A DNA stretch of 64,000 bases, taken from assembly GCA_965237955.1 (NCBI GenBank), contig OZ250169.1, positions 2,240,001 through 2,304,000 of the forward strand, given 5' to 3'. The position numbers were made by a program, and so were the translations under genes. Position 1 is the stretch's first letter. Every line of letters starts with the position of its first letter. The DNA comes from Candidatus Marinacidobacterales bacterium (GTDB lineage: Bacteria; Acidobacteriota; Vicinamibacteria; Marinacidobacterales; SMYC01). This document shows positions 41,320 through 50,545 of the stretch, one piece after another. The notes under the pieces were generated by a model that did not search any database, had not been told where the DNA came from, and worked only from the letters and a program-made list of their open reading frames with translations.

Positions 41320-43057
41320 GTAGTTCCTCCACGGGCCGCAGCCGGTACTCGCTCCACGAGCGCAGTGGTTGGACGCCCTGGCTGCGAAGGGCATTGATAC
41401 GGGTCAGCAAGGAGGCGCCGTGCAAGATGTTCAACGCAACGGTGACGACACGGCGGTGTTCCGGCTCCTCCAGGAACGATCCCTTTACCCATCCATTGAA
41501 TGCCCCCATCGAGGGCCCGCACCAGATCTGGTAGTCGATGGTCCGGGAGGGATCGCCGGCATTGGCCCAGTTCGACGACTGGCCGAGATACCAGCGGAAG
41601 ACCAAGGCCATCTTGTGTTTGGGATCCTTCGCGGCTCGCTCGAGCTGGGCCGGATCCCTCTCAGCGAAGAAGTCGCGGCATTGGCTCCACACCGCGTTCA
41701 CCGGTGCTCGGAAGTAATTTTTTTCCAGCGCCGCCATATCGGTCTCGGGAATGGACTCCAGACTTTCACACGCCCGGTAAAGTTCGTAGAGCTTCTGGGC
41801 TCGCATGGCGAAGAAGGTGCCGCGCTTGAGCACCTGTACCTTCACACCCATCTCGAACATGTCGGCCGCTGGCGCCATGGCGACGTCGGCCTGCTCGGCG
41901 GCGGCGAGCATCGTGCGCACGGTCTGAGACGTACCCGCCTCGACGCAGGACTGGTTGACCGAGCCAGTGAGTATGTAGGCGGCCCCCATGGAAAGGGCCG
42001 CAGCGGCTGAAATCGGAGTGGAGATGCCTCCGGCGGCTCCCACCCGCAGGGTCTCACTGTAACCATGACGTTCCTGCATCTGATCCCGGAGCGCCATCAG
42101 CGCAGGTATGAGGGCCAGGGCCGGCTGGTTGTCGGTGTGACCGCCGGAGTCGGCCTCGGCGGTGATGTCCTGGGCCATGGGAATGCGGGCGGCCAGACGG
42201 GCCTGCTCCTCGGTGATGTTTCCTGTGTCGACGAGAGGCTTCAACAGACGCTCCGGTGGTGGGGAAAAAAACTTCGTGGCGACTTCTATGCGAGACACCT
42301 TGGCGATGAGCCGGTTCGGCGTCACGATGCGTCCCTGGGAATCTTCGTGAATCCCGTGGACGCGGTAGCGGACCACAGGAAGAGTGAGATCCAGATAGGC
42401 CGAGGCCGAGGCCAGGTGCACGCCGCGCTGAATGTAGAGCTCGACCACGGCGGACTCCAGACCGGGCTCGTTGGGGCTGTGGATGAGGTTGAAGCCGTAC
42501 GGCCGTCCCTCCAGAGAATGAGACAGGCGGTCGATGGCGGCTTCCACCGCCTCGAGAGGCAGGCCGGCAGCGCCGAAGAAGCCAAGCATGCCGGCGCGGC
42601 CCATGGCCTCCACGATTTCGGCCGAGCCGATCCCATTGGCCATGGCACCGGCGATGTAGGGATAGCGCAAGCCATGGTCTAAGAGGAATCCCGGGTCACC
42701 AAGGTGCTCGGGAGGGCTGGCCGGGGAGTAGCCGATTATGGGAAACGCTTCACCCTCGGTGACACCAGCTCCTAGAATCGCAGTGCCGCCGGTCACTCGG
42801 GCGCACGCGCCCCGATCCGAGATCAGGATCACGGGTCGTCCGGTATCCTGCACGGCCTCCCTGATGGCGTCTGGCCGGCGGTCCACACGGGAGGCGGGGC
42901 CCGTCCACCAGCCCAAAGGAGCCATGGACTTTGCCGAGGTATCGCTATCGCTCGAGCGATCCGGCTCCGAAACGAGCGCGTGAGCGCGATGCTCGTGGAT
43001 CGGCGCGTATCGCTGGTTCTTTGAGGCCACTCCGGTTCTCGCGCGTTCGCTGGTCAC
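41309..43057 (-). CDS. pfaD: PfaD-family enoyl reductase
   Basis: YIAGAMANGI, AEADSGGHTD, GAAGGI, APAADMFEMG, QIWCGPSMGAFN; start codon uncertain. Confidence 0.95.
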   Translation of the reverse strand: MTSERARTGVASKNQRYAPIHEHRAHALVSEPDRSSDSDTSAKSMAPLGWWTGPASRVDRRPDAIREAVQDTGRPVILISDRGACARVTGGTAILGAGVTEGEAFPIIGYSPASPPEHLGDPGFLLDHGLRYPYIAGAMANGIGSAEIVEAMGRAGMLGFFGAAGLPLEAVEAAIDRLSHSLEGRPYGFNLIHSPNEPGLESAVVELYIQRGVHLASASAYLDLTLPVVRYRVHGIHEDSQGRIVTPNRLIAKVSRIEVATKFFSPPPERLLKPLVDTGNITEEQARLAARIPMAQDITAEADSGGHTDNQPALALIPALMALRDQMQERHGYSETLRVGAAGGISTPISAAAALSMGAAYILTGSVNQSCVEAGTSQTVRTMLAAAEQADVAMAPAADMFEMGVKVQVLKRGTFFAMRAQKLYELYRACESLESIPETDMAALEKNYFRAPVNAVWSQCRDFFAERDPAQLERAAKDPKHKMALVFRWYLGQSSNWANAGDPSRTIDYQIWCGPSMGAFNGWVKGSFLEEPEHRRVVTVALNILHGASLLTRINALRSQGVQPLRSWSEYRLRPVEELRVH

Positions 43058-43100
43058 ATTATTCCGTCTCGCTCGCGGCTTGACGGCCGGTTAGGCCACC

Positions 43101-43465
43101 TATGAACCCGCCGCCTCCTGGCGGCGTGACCCAGAAAGCTTCGAGCGATGCGGCGTGAAGTGCTAGTTCCGCCTCCGGGAAGACCCTGTGCGGCCTCCGC
43201 AAGGAGAACCTGCATGCATGAATAAGAAAGCCTCTCGCATGTGCGATGGGAATGCAAGTACCACGTTGTGATCATACCGAAGTCTAGGAGGAAGGTGTTG
43301 TTTGAAAACCTACGCTGACGCGTGGGCGAATCCTTCGTGAGCTATGCGAGGTAAAACTGATCGAAGGCAACGCTCAGGCGGACCACATCCACATGTGTTT
43401 GAGTATCCCGCGTAAGTACAGCATATCTCACACGACCGGATTCCCGAAAGGGAAAGTGCGGTTCG
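43101..43465 (+). mobile_element. IS200/IS605 family remnant (left-end hairpin + degraded tnpA)
   Basis: Hairpin CGCCGCC-TCCT-GGCGGCG 43109-43126; SLSHVRWECKYHVVIIPK...DHIHMCLSIP (HUH) with stops and frameshifts. Confidence 0.85.
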
Positions 43466-43567
43466 CCGTTCGGTGAGAAGTCGCACACCGTCGCCCCGCG
43501 ACTTTTTCTTTTTCAGGAGGATCCGGGTGTCTCGAGATCCTTCGCCTTTGCGATCGTCGCTTGTCTC

Positions 43568-43700
43568 CTAGTCCCCTGTATCAGAACAAACTAGATAAAG
43601 CAGAGCTTGCCGAAACCCTTCTAAGTGCATGAATCTTATGAATCTTATGGGCTGGCGAAAAGCCTAACTTTGTATAGTAATCAAAGATCCAGGGGGCTAG
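43568..43700 (+). mobile_element. 133-bp MITE, copy 2 (IS630-derived)
   Basis: CTAG-bounded; 131/133 identical to 6964-7096 in inverted orientation. Confidence 0.92.
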
Positions 43701-43762
43701 CGAAAACGACAGCAATCGCTTGCTCGGTCGAGAAAGCGAGGCCCACAAGTCACTGAAAAGAA

Positions 43763-43839
43763 TGGCGCGCCCTAGGCGATTCGAACACCTGACCTACAGA
43801 TTCGTAGTCTGTCGCTCTATCCAGCTGAGCTAAGGGCGC
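43763..43839 (-). tRNA. tRNA-Arg(ACG)
   Basis: GCGCCCT/AGGGCGC acceptor, anticodon arm ACAGA-CTACGAA-TCTGT, GTTCGAA T-loop, encoded CCA. Confidence 0.97.
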
Positions 43840-43863
43840 GCACTGCGCTATGGTGAGACGGCC

Positions 43864-43892
43864 ATCGTAGCAAGGGCAGTAGACGGCGTCAA
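43864..43892 (-). promoter_or_regulatory. Sigma70 promoter of tRNA-Arg
   Basis: TTGACG, 17 bp, TACGAT with TGn extension. Confidence 0.75.
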
Positions 43893-43920
43893 GGTACCTA
43901 AGTTACTCTCTTCGGGTGGC

Positions 43921-44664
43921 TTGCCCAAACTTTGCGAGGGTGTTGCCGCCTTCACATCGCATGTGCGCGAAGCGTGCCCAATATATTGCCGGAACGTACA
44001 AAAACTATGCGCGGCATGTTCGTTTCGATCGATCTTTGGTTTCGCTGCCCTGTGGTTCGCCGTCTCGGCACACTCGAGCTCCGGCGAAGATCTGTTCTCG
44101 GGCTTCGAGAATGGATGGAGAAAGTCGTGGATGGAGCGGGCGATGGCGCGCCGCTCCAATACGTTTCGATTGGAAAGCGAGAAAGAGAATCGTTTTCTTC
44201 GGATCGACAGCCAGAACTCAGCCTCGGCGCTCTGGCGTCAAGTCGATCTCGATGTGACACAGGATACCGTCGTCTCGTGGCGATGGAGAGTCTCGAACAG
44301 TCTCGGTCACATCAAAGACGAAAGGCGGCTGGGGAGCGACGACTATGCTGCGAGAGTCGTGGTCATGTTCGACGGCAAGCCGTTCGGTCGCAACACGCCG
44401 TTTCTGATATACGTGTGGGCCGGGAATGAAGCCGTCGGGAACATCTACCCGAGCCCCTACACCGAGAAAGCGGTTACGATCGTTCTCCGTAGCGGAAACC
44501 TTGATAGCGGGGAATGGCTTATGGAAGAACGCGATGTGTCGGCCGACTTCGAGCGTTACTTCGGTCGTCCCGCGGAGCGCATTACTGGCGTCGCGCTCAT
44601 GGTGGACACGGACAACACCGACTCGCAAGCAACCGCCTGGTTCGACGACCTCATCGTTCACTGA
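43921..44664 (+). CDS. DUF3047-like protein
   Basis: WRWRV, DDYAARV, LIYVW, ADF..YFG, MVDTDNT..A.AWFDD; start codon uncertain. Confidence 0.8.
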   Translation: MPKLCEGVAAFTSHVREACPIYCRNVQKLCAACSFRSIFGFAALWFAVSAHSSSGEDLFSGFENGWRKSWMERAMARRSNTFRLESEKENRFLRIDSQNSASALWRQVDLDVTQDTVVSWRWRVSNSLGHIKDERRLGSDDYAARVVVMFDGKPFGRNTPFLIYVWAGNEAVGNIYPSPYTEKAVTIVLRSGNLDSGEWLMEERDVSADFERYFGRPAERITGVALMVDTDNTDSQATAWFDDLIVH

Positions 44665-45560
44665 ATCCTATGAGTTCAGATATCGACTTCGGGCTTCGTC
44701 ATCCCTTCCGCGAGATAAGCGTGCGCCATGCACGGGGTGTTGAACGCGAAACCGAGCTCGCCCTTCGAATCGACGACGATGATGCCGCCGCGACCGTGGG
44801 TGCGTGATTTGAGCACCCGAATAGCTTGTTGAGCCGCCTCACTCGGCCCGATGCCGGAGGTTAAGGACTCGACGGCGCGATGTGCCATCACGACGCGTAT
44901 GATGCCTTCGCCCCAACCCGTCGACGACGCAGCGCCTCGCCGATCGTCGGCGTAGAGCCCGGAGCCAACAAGCGGCGAATCGCCGACACGGCCCGGAAGC
45001 TTGAGGAGTGCTCCGCCCGTCGACGTCGCGGCGGCGACATGCCCGTCGCCATCACAAGCGAGCGCTCCGACGGTGTCGGCGGGAGAGGCGAGCCCACCCA
45101 GCCCATCCATTTCGTCGAGAGCTCCCGGCTTCTTGAAGCGTTTCGCTTTCTCGAAGCGCTTACGCTCACGGTCTTCGATGAGAGACTCCGGTGCACACGT
45201 CGCGATACCGGACTCGCGCGCCAGCTCGAGAGCACCGTCCCCCACCACCATGAGATGACGCGAGCTCTCCATGACCGCGCGCGCGAGCGCTACCGCATGG
45301 AGCACACCCGAAACACACGCGACCGAGCCCGCTTCCAAGTCTTCGCCGTTCATAATCGCGGCATCGAACTGCACTTCGCCGCGTGCGTTCAAAACCGCCC
45401 CTCGGCCCGCGTTGAACGTCGGATCCGCCTCCATGTGCTCGACCGCTCTTTGCACGGCGTCGACCGCCGAGCCGCAACTAAGCATCGTACGCGCAGGGCT
45501 CGCGATCTGTCTGGGTAGAAACTCCAGTGCTGCACGGAGCGTCCGTTTCATACAATAGCG

Positions 45561-45718
45561 GGAGCATCCGGGAACCGAGGCCGACTCAACACTGGTGCGA
45601 TCCAGCCCGTAACTAAGCATGGCCCGGGGATGTTTCGGCACTGTCAGTGGTGACACGCGTGAGCGTGATCCCGTTTAGGAGAATGTAACGAATGCCCATC
45701 CCTGTTCCCGGATGCTTC
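45561..45718 (+). ncRNA. Putative bridge/seek RNA of the IS110
   Basis: Closing stem GGAGCATCCGGGAAC/GTTCCCGGATGCTTC; TACAAT -10 box at 45551-56; loops carry junction copies CCGTAACTAAGCAT and TTAGGAGAATG; strand inferred. Confidence 0.75.
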
Positions 45719-45740
45719 ACGAAGTATGAAGGAGCATCTG

Positions 45741-47129
45741 ATGAAGCACAATCGTCGTCAACCCAAGAAGCGGACTTCTCCATCCCTGCTGAAGCAAATC
45801 AACGTGAATGTCGCTGGGATCGATTGCGGCTCGGCCGAGCATTTCGTCGCAGTTCCACCGGAGCGCGATCCTAAACCGATCCGTTCCTTCAGGAGTTTCA
45901 CGGCCGATCTTCATCGGCTCGCCGACTGGCTCGCGACTTGCGGCGTGACGAGCGTCGCGATGGAGTCGACCGGCGTCTACTGGATCGCCCTGTATGAAAT
46001 CCTCGAAGCCCGTGGCTTCCAGGTCCTCTTGGTCAACGCGCGCCACGTCAAAAACGTCCCGGGGCGCAAGAGCGATGTCAGCGATTGCGAATGGCTCCGG
46101 GAGTTGCACAGCGTGGGGTTGCTCCGCGGAAGCTTTCGACCCGAAGCAGCCATCACCGCCCTTCGTGGCTACCTCCGCCACCGAGAGACTCTCGTTCAGA
46201 GTGCGGTAACCCATATCCAGCGCATGCAGAAGGCTCTCGTGCAAATGAATCTTCAACTCCACCTTGTGGTCACTGATATCACGGGTGTCACTGGCATGCG
46301 GATTCTACGAGACATCGTTGCCGGACAAACCGACCCCCATCGGCTCGCTAAGCACCGTGACCACCGTTGTCAGTCCTCCGAGGCCGAGATCGCCGCTGCA
46401 CTCACCGGCAACTATCGCCCCGAGCACCTCTTCGCTCTCAAGCAGAACCTCGAACTCTTTGATGCTTTTCAGCTCCAGATCCAAACCTGTGACGTGGCCA
46501 TCGAATCGCACCTGCAGCTTCTAGCTCAACGCTCAACCCCGAACACCTCCTTGCCACCGCCTCGAAAATCGCGCAAGCCCCGAGTGAACGAACCTCGGTT
46601 CGAGCTCCGGCCTCTCCTCCACCAGATCGCCGGGGTCGACCTCTCCCAGATCGACGCCATCGGACCCTATTCCGCGCTTCGCTTGCTCGCCGAGATCGGT
46701 ACCGATATGAACCGATGGCCTACTGAAAAGCACTTCACTTCCTGGCTTACCCTCGCGCCCAATAACAAAATCTCCGGCGGGCGACTCCTCAGCTCGAAAA
46801 CACAACCCTCTGCAAACCGGGCCGCTGGCATTCTCCGCATGGCCGCACTCAGCCTCGGGCGTACACAGACCGCTCTCGGCGCCTACTATCGACGTCTCGC
46901 CTATCGCGTCGGTAAATCCAAAGCCATCACCGCCACCGCTCGAAAGCTCGCCATTCTCGTCTACCGCACTCTCAAGGATGGGCTCGTCTATCAAGACCCC
47001 GGGGCCGCCGCCTACAACGCTCAAGATCGCTCCCGTGCCGTGCGCCGCCTGACCCAACGCGCCGCTGACCTCGGTTTCGCTCTCATCGACACTCAAACGG
47101 GCGACGTCGTTCAGGCGGTAGTTTCTTAG
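45741..47129 (+). CDS. IS110 DEDD recombinase/transposase
   Basis: GIDCG, MESTGVYW, KSDVSD, C-terminal Ser motif NKISGG; RBS AAGGAG 45729-34. Confidence 0.95.
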   Translation: MKHNRRQPKKRTSPSLLKQINVNVAGIDCGSAEHFVAVPPERDPKPIRSFRSFTADLHRLADWLATCGVTSVAMESTGVYWIALYEILEARGFQVLLVNARHVKNVPGRKSDVSDCEWLRELHSVGLLRGSFRPEAAITALRGYLRHRETLVQSAVTHIQRMQKALVQMNLQLHLVVTDITGVTGMRILRDIVAGQTDPHRLAKHRDHRCQSSEAEIAAALTGNYRPEHLFALKQNLELFDAFQLQIQTCDVAIESHLQLLAQRSTPNTSLPPPRKSRKPRVNEPRFELRPLLHQIAGVDLSQIDAIGPYSALRLLAEIGTDMNRWPTEKHFTSWLTLAPNNKISGGRLLSSKTQPSANRAAGILRMAALSLGRTQTALGAYYRRLAYRVGKSKAITATARKLAILVYRTLKDGLVYQDPGAAAYNAQDRSRAVRRLTQRAADLGFALIDTQTGDVVQAVVS

Positions 47130-47297
47130 GAGAATGGTCTCGAACCCGATCATCGACGCCCGGTGGACTCCTTTGAGGTGGTCTTCAAGCTCACCTTCGG
47201 GTGTCGCCCACGCCCCGCCGTGGACGAGGATTGCGGGGCGAGCCTGGCGTGTCGCGGGCTTGTCCATCATATGGTTTCCTCCGCACCCGATCGCTAC

Positions 47298-47326
47298 AAA
47301 AAAGGCGCCTCGGAGAGGGAGGCGCC
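47298..47326 (-). terminator. Rho-independent terminator after tRNA-Glu
   Basis: GGCGCCTC-loop-GAGGCGCC followed by T6 on minus strand. Confidence 0.85.
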
Positions 47327-47336
47327 GATAATAGCT

Positions 47337-47412
47337 TGGTAGCGCTACGGGGATTCGAACCCCGGTTTGATGGCTGAGAACCACCCGTCCTAGTCCCCTA
47401 GACGATAGCGCC
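47337..47412 (-). tRNA. tRNA-Glu(CTC)
   Basis: GGCGCTA/TAGCGCT acceptor, anticodon arm GGTGG-TTCTCAG-CCATC, GTTCGAA, CCA; TTGACA upstream at 47471-47466. Confidence 0.95.
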
Positions 47413-47614
47413 ATCCAGGTGACTGCCAAGCAGTCTCAAAAAAATTAGCACACGCGGGAGACAGCTGTCAATTTTTAGGCTTGGGAGGCCACCCTCCAGG
47501 GTAGAAAAACCTGTTTCCCATGGTAAGATAAAAGAAACATCCAACAAATCCACGAGAGTTTATGACGGAGGGGGGAATCCCTCTGAACAAGCCACGCCAA
47601 GCCAAGCTGGCTCG

Positions 47615-50474
47615 ATGCTAAAAAGTCTTCGCAAACGTTTCGGAAATCTCATCGCAGGGAAGACCTCTGTCCTCGAGGAGGAGCAGCCCGATCCCGAGAT
47701 TCCGGATGAAGAGGCAGCACCCGAGGAGACCGACATCGAAGCGGTCCTCCTCGCCCGGCGCGAATCGCAAAAACGCGAATCGCGCCTCATCCTCACCGAG
47801 CGGATCCACAACCGAGCCCAGGTTCTACTGAACGAAGTCCGGACCGATCTGCTCCAAGAAATCCACCGGCGGCTCGAAGAAGAGATCCCGACGCAATCGC
47901 TCAAAAACCTTCTCGAAATCACGCTCGACACCGGCTTCACCGCTCGGCTCGACGCAGCCATCGACAAGATGACCACCCGCGTGCTCGACAAGCTCAAGGG
48001 AGAGTTCGCCTCGTGACAACGAGGCGGCGCCGCTGTTTCCTCAACGGGAAGGTTTCGCCAAAGAGCTGGCCTCCTATCGAGACGAGGTCCTCCGCAAACA
48101 CCTGCTCGTGCAAGTGGAGGTGCTCGCGCTCCCGACGTCCGCGCAAGCGATTCCACTCGACAGGGCCAGCGGTGAGGAGCTCACCGAACGCCTCGGGGAG
48201 TATTGGGCGAGCTGTCGCGAAGCGCTCGACAAGTTCTTTCGTTCCGTCGAAATGGCCCTTCTCGATGGCGCCCGCGAAGGGATTCGCCTCGATACGGAAT
48301 TGATCCGAGATCGCCTCGTCGCCGCCCAATACCGAAACGGCTACCGGCTGCTCGACGAGCGTTTCCGGAAAGTGTACGGTGAAATCGCGCGGCTCCAAAT
48401 GAGCACCGAGCCCGAAGCAGAACCACAAAGTCGGGCGGAGTTGGACCGGAAGGTCGTCGATGAAATCATCGTGCCGCTAGCTTACTTTATTCGCGAGCGT
48501 GCCGAACCCGAGCCCCGCGACGCGCTCTCGAGTCGGGCGGAGCTTTTTCGAGAAATCGTCGACAAGCTCGTCGCTACTCCCGAGCCGTTGAACCACACCG
48601 CCGAAGCAATCAAGCCGCTGCTCAGGAAGAGTGTCGAGCAAGCACGCCCCCTCGTTCTCAAGGATCACTCCTACTTACACACCATCGTCGAGAGCTTGAA
48701 ACCTGCAGCCATCCATCGGACTACGGCGCTCTTGAAAGTCTTCGAGACACTCGTGCAATCCGATCTCGACGAGAAATCGCTCGCCACAATCGAGCAAGTC
48801 ATTCGCCTGAACCGGGCTCAGTAGCGGCTGCTACAACAACTCGACAGCAACTACCCGGAGCTCGTCCCGCGCCTGAGCCCGCTCGACCGGGTCGATGATA
48901 AAGACGCCGCGATTCTCACCGAGACCATCGAGCAAGCCGCGCCCCCTACGCGCTGGTGCACGACCTATTCTTGAAGCTCGGCTATTTGGATTGGCCCGCT
49001 ACCCTGCCGGTTGACTCGCGCGAGCTCCTCCGTCTTCTAGCGGTGCTCGTGCTCACGCCGCATGAGCTCACCGCGTGGTTCTCGCTTTACCAAGGTGGCG
49101 AGGTATCGCGTGGCGACCGTGCGCAACTAGCGCGCGAGCTCGTCGACAGGCTCGGTCCCGGCTCCATTGGCCCCGACGAACGTCAGACGCGTCTCGAGGC
49201 GGTTCCGCTTCCCGTCGACGTGAACAAGGCGCTGATGTCGATGGGGTACCGACCGGACGACAAAGAACGTCTTTCGTCGTTCAAGGAGGAGGTGCAAAAC
49301 GCCATTACCGACGGCGATGCCGCCGAGCTCGCGAAATTCGATCCGCGGAATTCGACAACTCAAGACCGCGGTCGAGAACGAACGCGTGGAGCTTGGCGCC
49401 ACCGGAACCGACGGGGATCCCTACCGCGTCGAGATCTGGTTGACGAGCGAGGGCACGATGGTCGGGCTCGTCCTCTGCCACACGAGTGGTTTCGGGATGG
49501 CGCCGGTGGAAGTCGTGCGCCGCGACCCGAACGGGGGCAATCGCAAAGAGACAGAAGAGACGCTACGACGGCAACTGCAGAACCAGGCGCTCATCTATCA
49601 GAGCTTCCACAAGCTGTTCTCGCGAGATGTCCTTCTCGAAAAAAGCAAACGCCGCTCGCTCCCTTCGTTCGTCAAGAAACTCTATGAACCAACCGAAGCG
49701 AGCCGTCACCTTCTGCTGTCGCGGCTCCGCTATGCCAGAGAGCTGCTCGCACTTCTCACGTCGTTCGCGACGCTCATCGCGGAGGCCGATGCGGAATCCG
49801 CGAGCGACACCAAGGCAGTTCTGCAGATTCTGAGTGGCCTCGACCGGAAAGTGGCCGAGCTCGCCCAAAAGACGGAAAAGAGCCGTGACTCCGCCGAGTT
49901 TGCACGCGTCTTGAAAGAGTACGATCGCGCGCTCAAATACTTGAACACCGTCGTGATCCACGCGGTCAATCCATGGCTCAAGCGGCAAACCGCCGAGCTC
50001 GCCACCGAGTTCGAGTTTCGTAAAGAAGAAGTTTTGGGGGCGGTGAGGCTGTACACGTCCCAGAGGGGAATCGACTGGGATCAAGATGTCGAACGTTTCG
50101 AGGCTCATGGTATCCGCGGCACGCTCGGTTGCCGTGCGCTTATGCACCTTTCCGACGGCTCCTCCAAAGTAGTGGTCCTCAACTACCATCGACGCCACCA
50201 GAGCTGGCAAGTGCGCTATCTCGGTCCGCGGGTCACCGACGTGGTGCGGGAGGCGCTTCGCCAGAAAGGTAGGAGTCTTCCCGACGATTACGACGAGAAG
50301 CACGAGCAGGCGACGTTCAGCCTCGACGAGCAATCGTGCCGCTTCTTTCTCATGAAGCGCGAGGTCGCCCGCATCGAAGCCACGCTCGTTCTGGATTCGG
50401 ACCAAAAAGAAAATCTTTGGAACATCGTTTACTTGAAGTACAACGATGACGTCCTCACCGATAGGACGGCGTAG
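47615..50474 (+). pseudogene. Large (about 950 aa) alpha-helical protein of unknown function, fragmented
   Basis: Coding-like frames join via shifts near 48010, 48945 and 49340 and an in-frame TAG at 48822; no family recognised. Confidence 0.6.
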
Positions 50475-50545
50475 AGCAGGAGCGTCTAGTCACCCGAAAG
50501 CTCGTCGCACGTTGATCAGCTCGGCGAGCTGACTTATGATTCTAC

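Larger units (their letters stand above)
45478..47129 (+). mobile_element. IS110 family element
   Basis: Junctions CTaAG (45478-82) and CTtAG (47125-29); no terminal IR or long TSD; excision restores asparaginase ILLSCG. Confidence 0.92.
44676..47270 (-). pseudogene. Isoaspartyl peptidase/L-asparaginase (Ntn hydrolase) interrupted by IS110
   Basis: 5' part ILVHGGAW...GFETIL at 47270-47127; 3' part GSAVDAV...FNAGRG...DTVGA...TSTGG..GRVGDSP; removing the IS rejoins the frame. Confidence 0.92.

Noticed and set aside
44676-45656. 326-aa ORF as a complete asparaginase
   Set aside because: Its first approximately 59 codons are IS110 non-coding sequence; the true N-terminus is at 47270-47127.
46533-47429. 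298-aa minus-strand ORF
   Set aside because: Composite of tRNA-Glu sequence, the asparaginase 5' end and antisense transposase.
48822-48824. In-frame TAG with coding-like continuation, possible pyrrolysine or recoding
   Set aside because: The same gene has three frameshifts, TAG ends many intact genes here, and no pyl genes are in view; a nonsense change is simpler.
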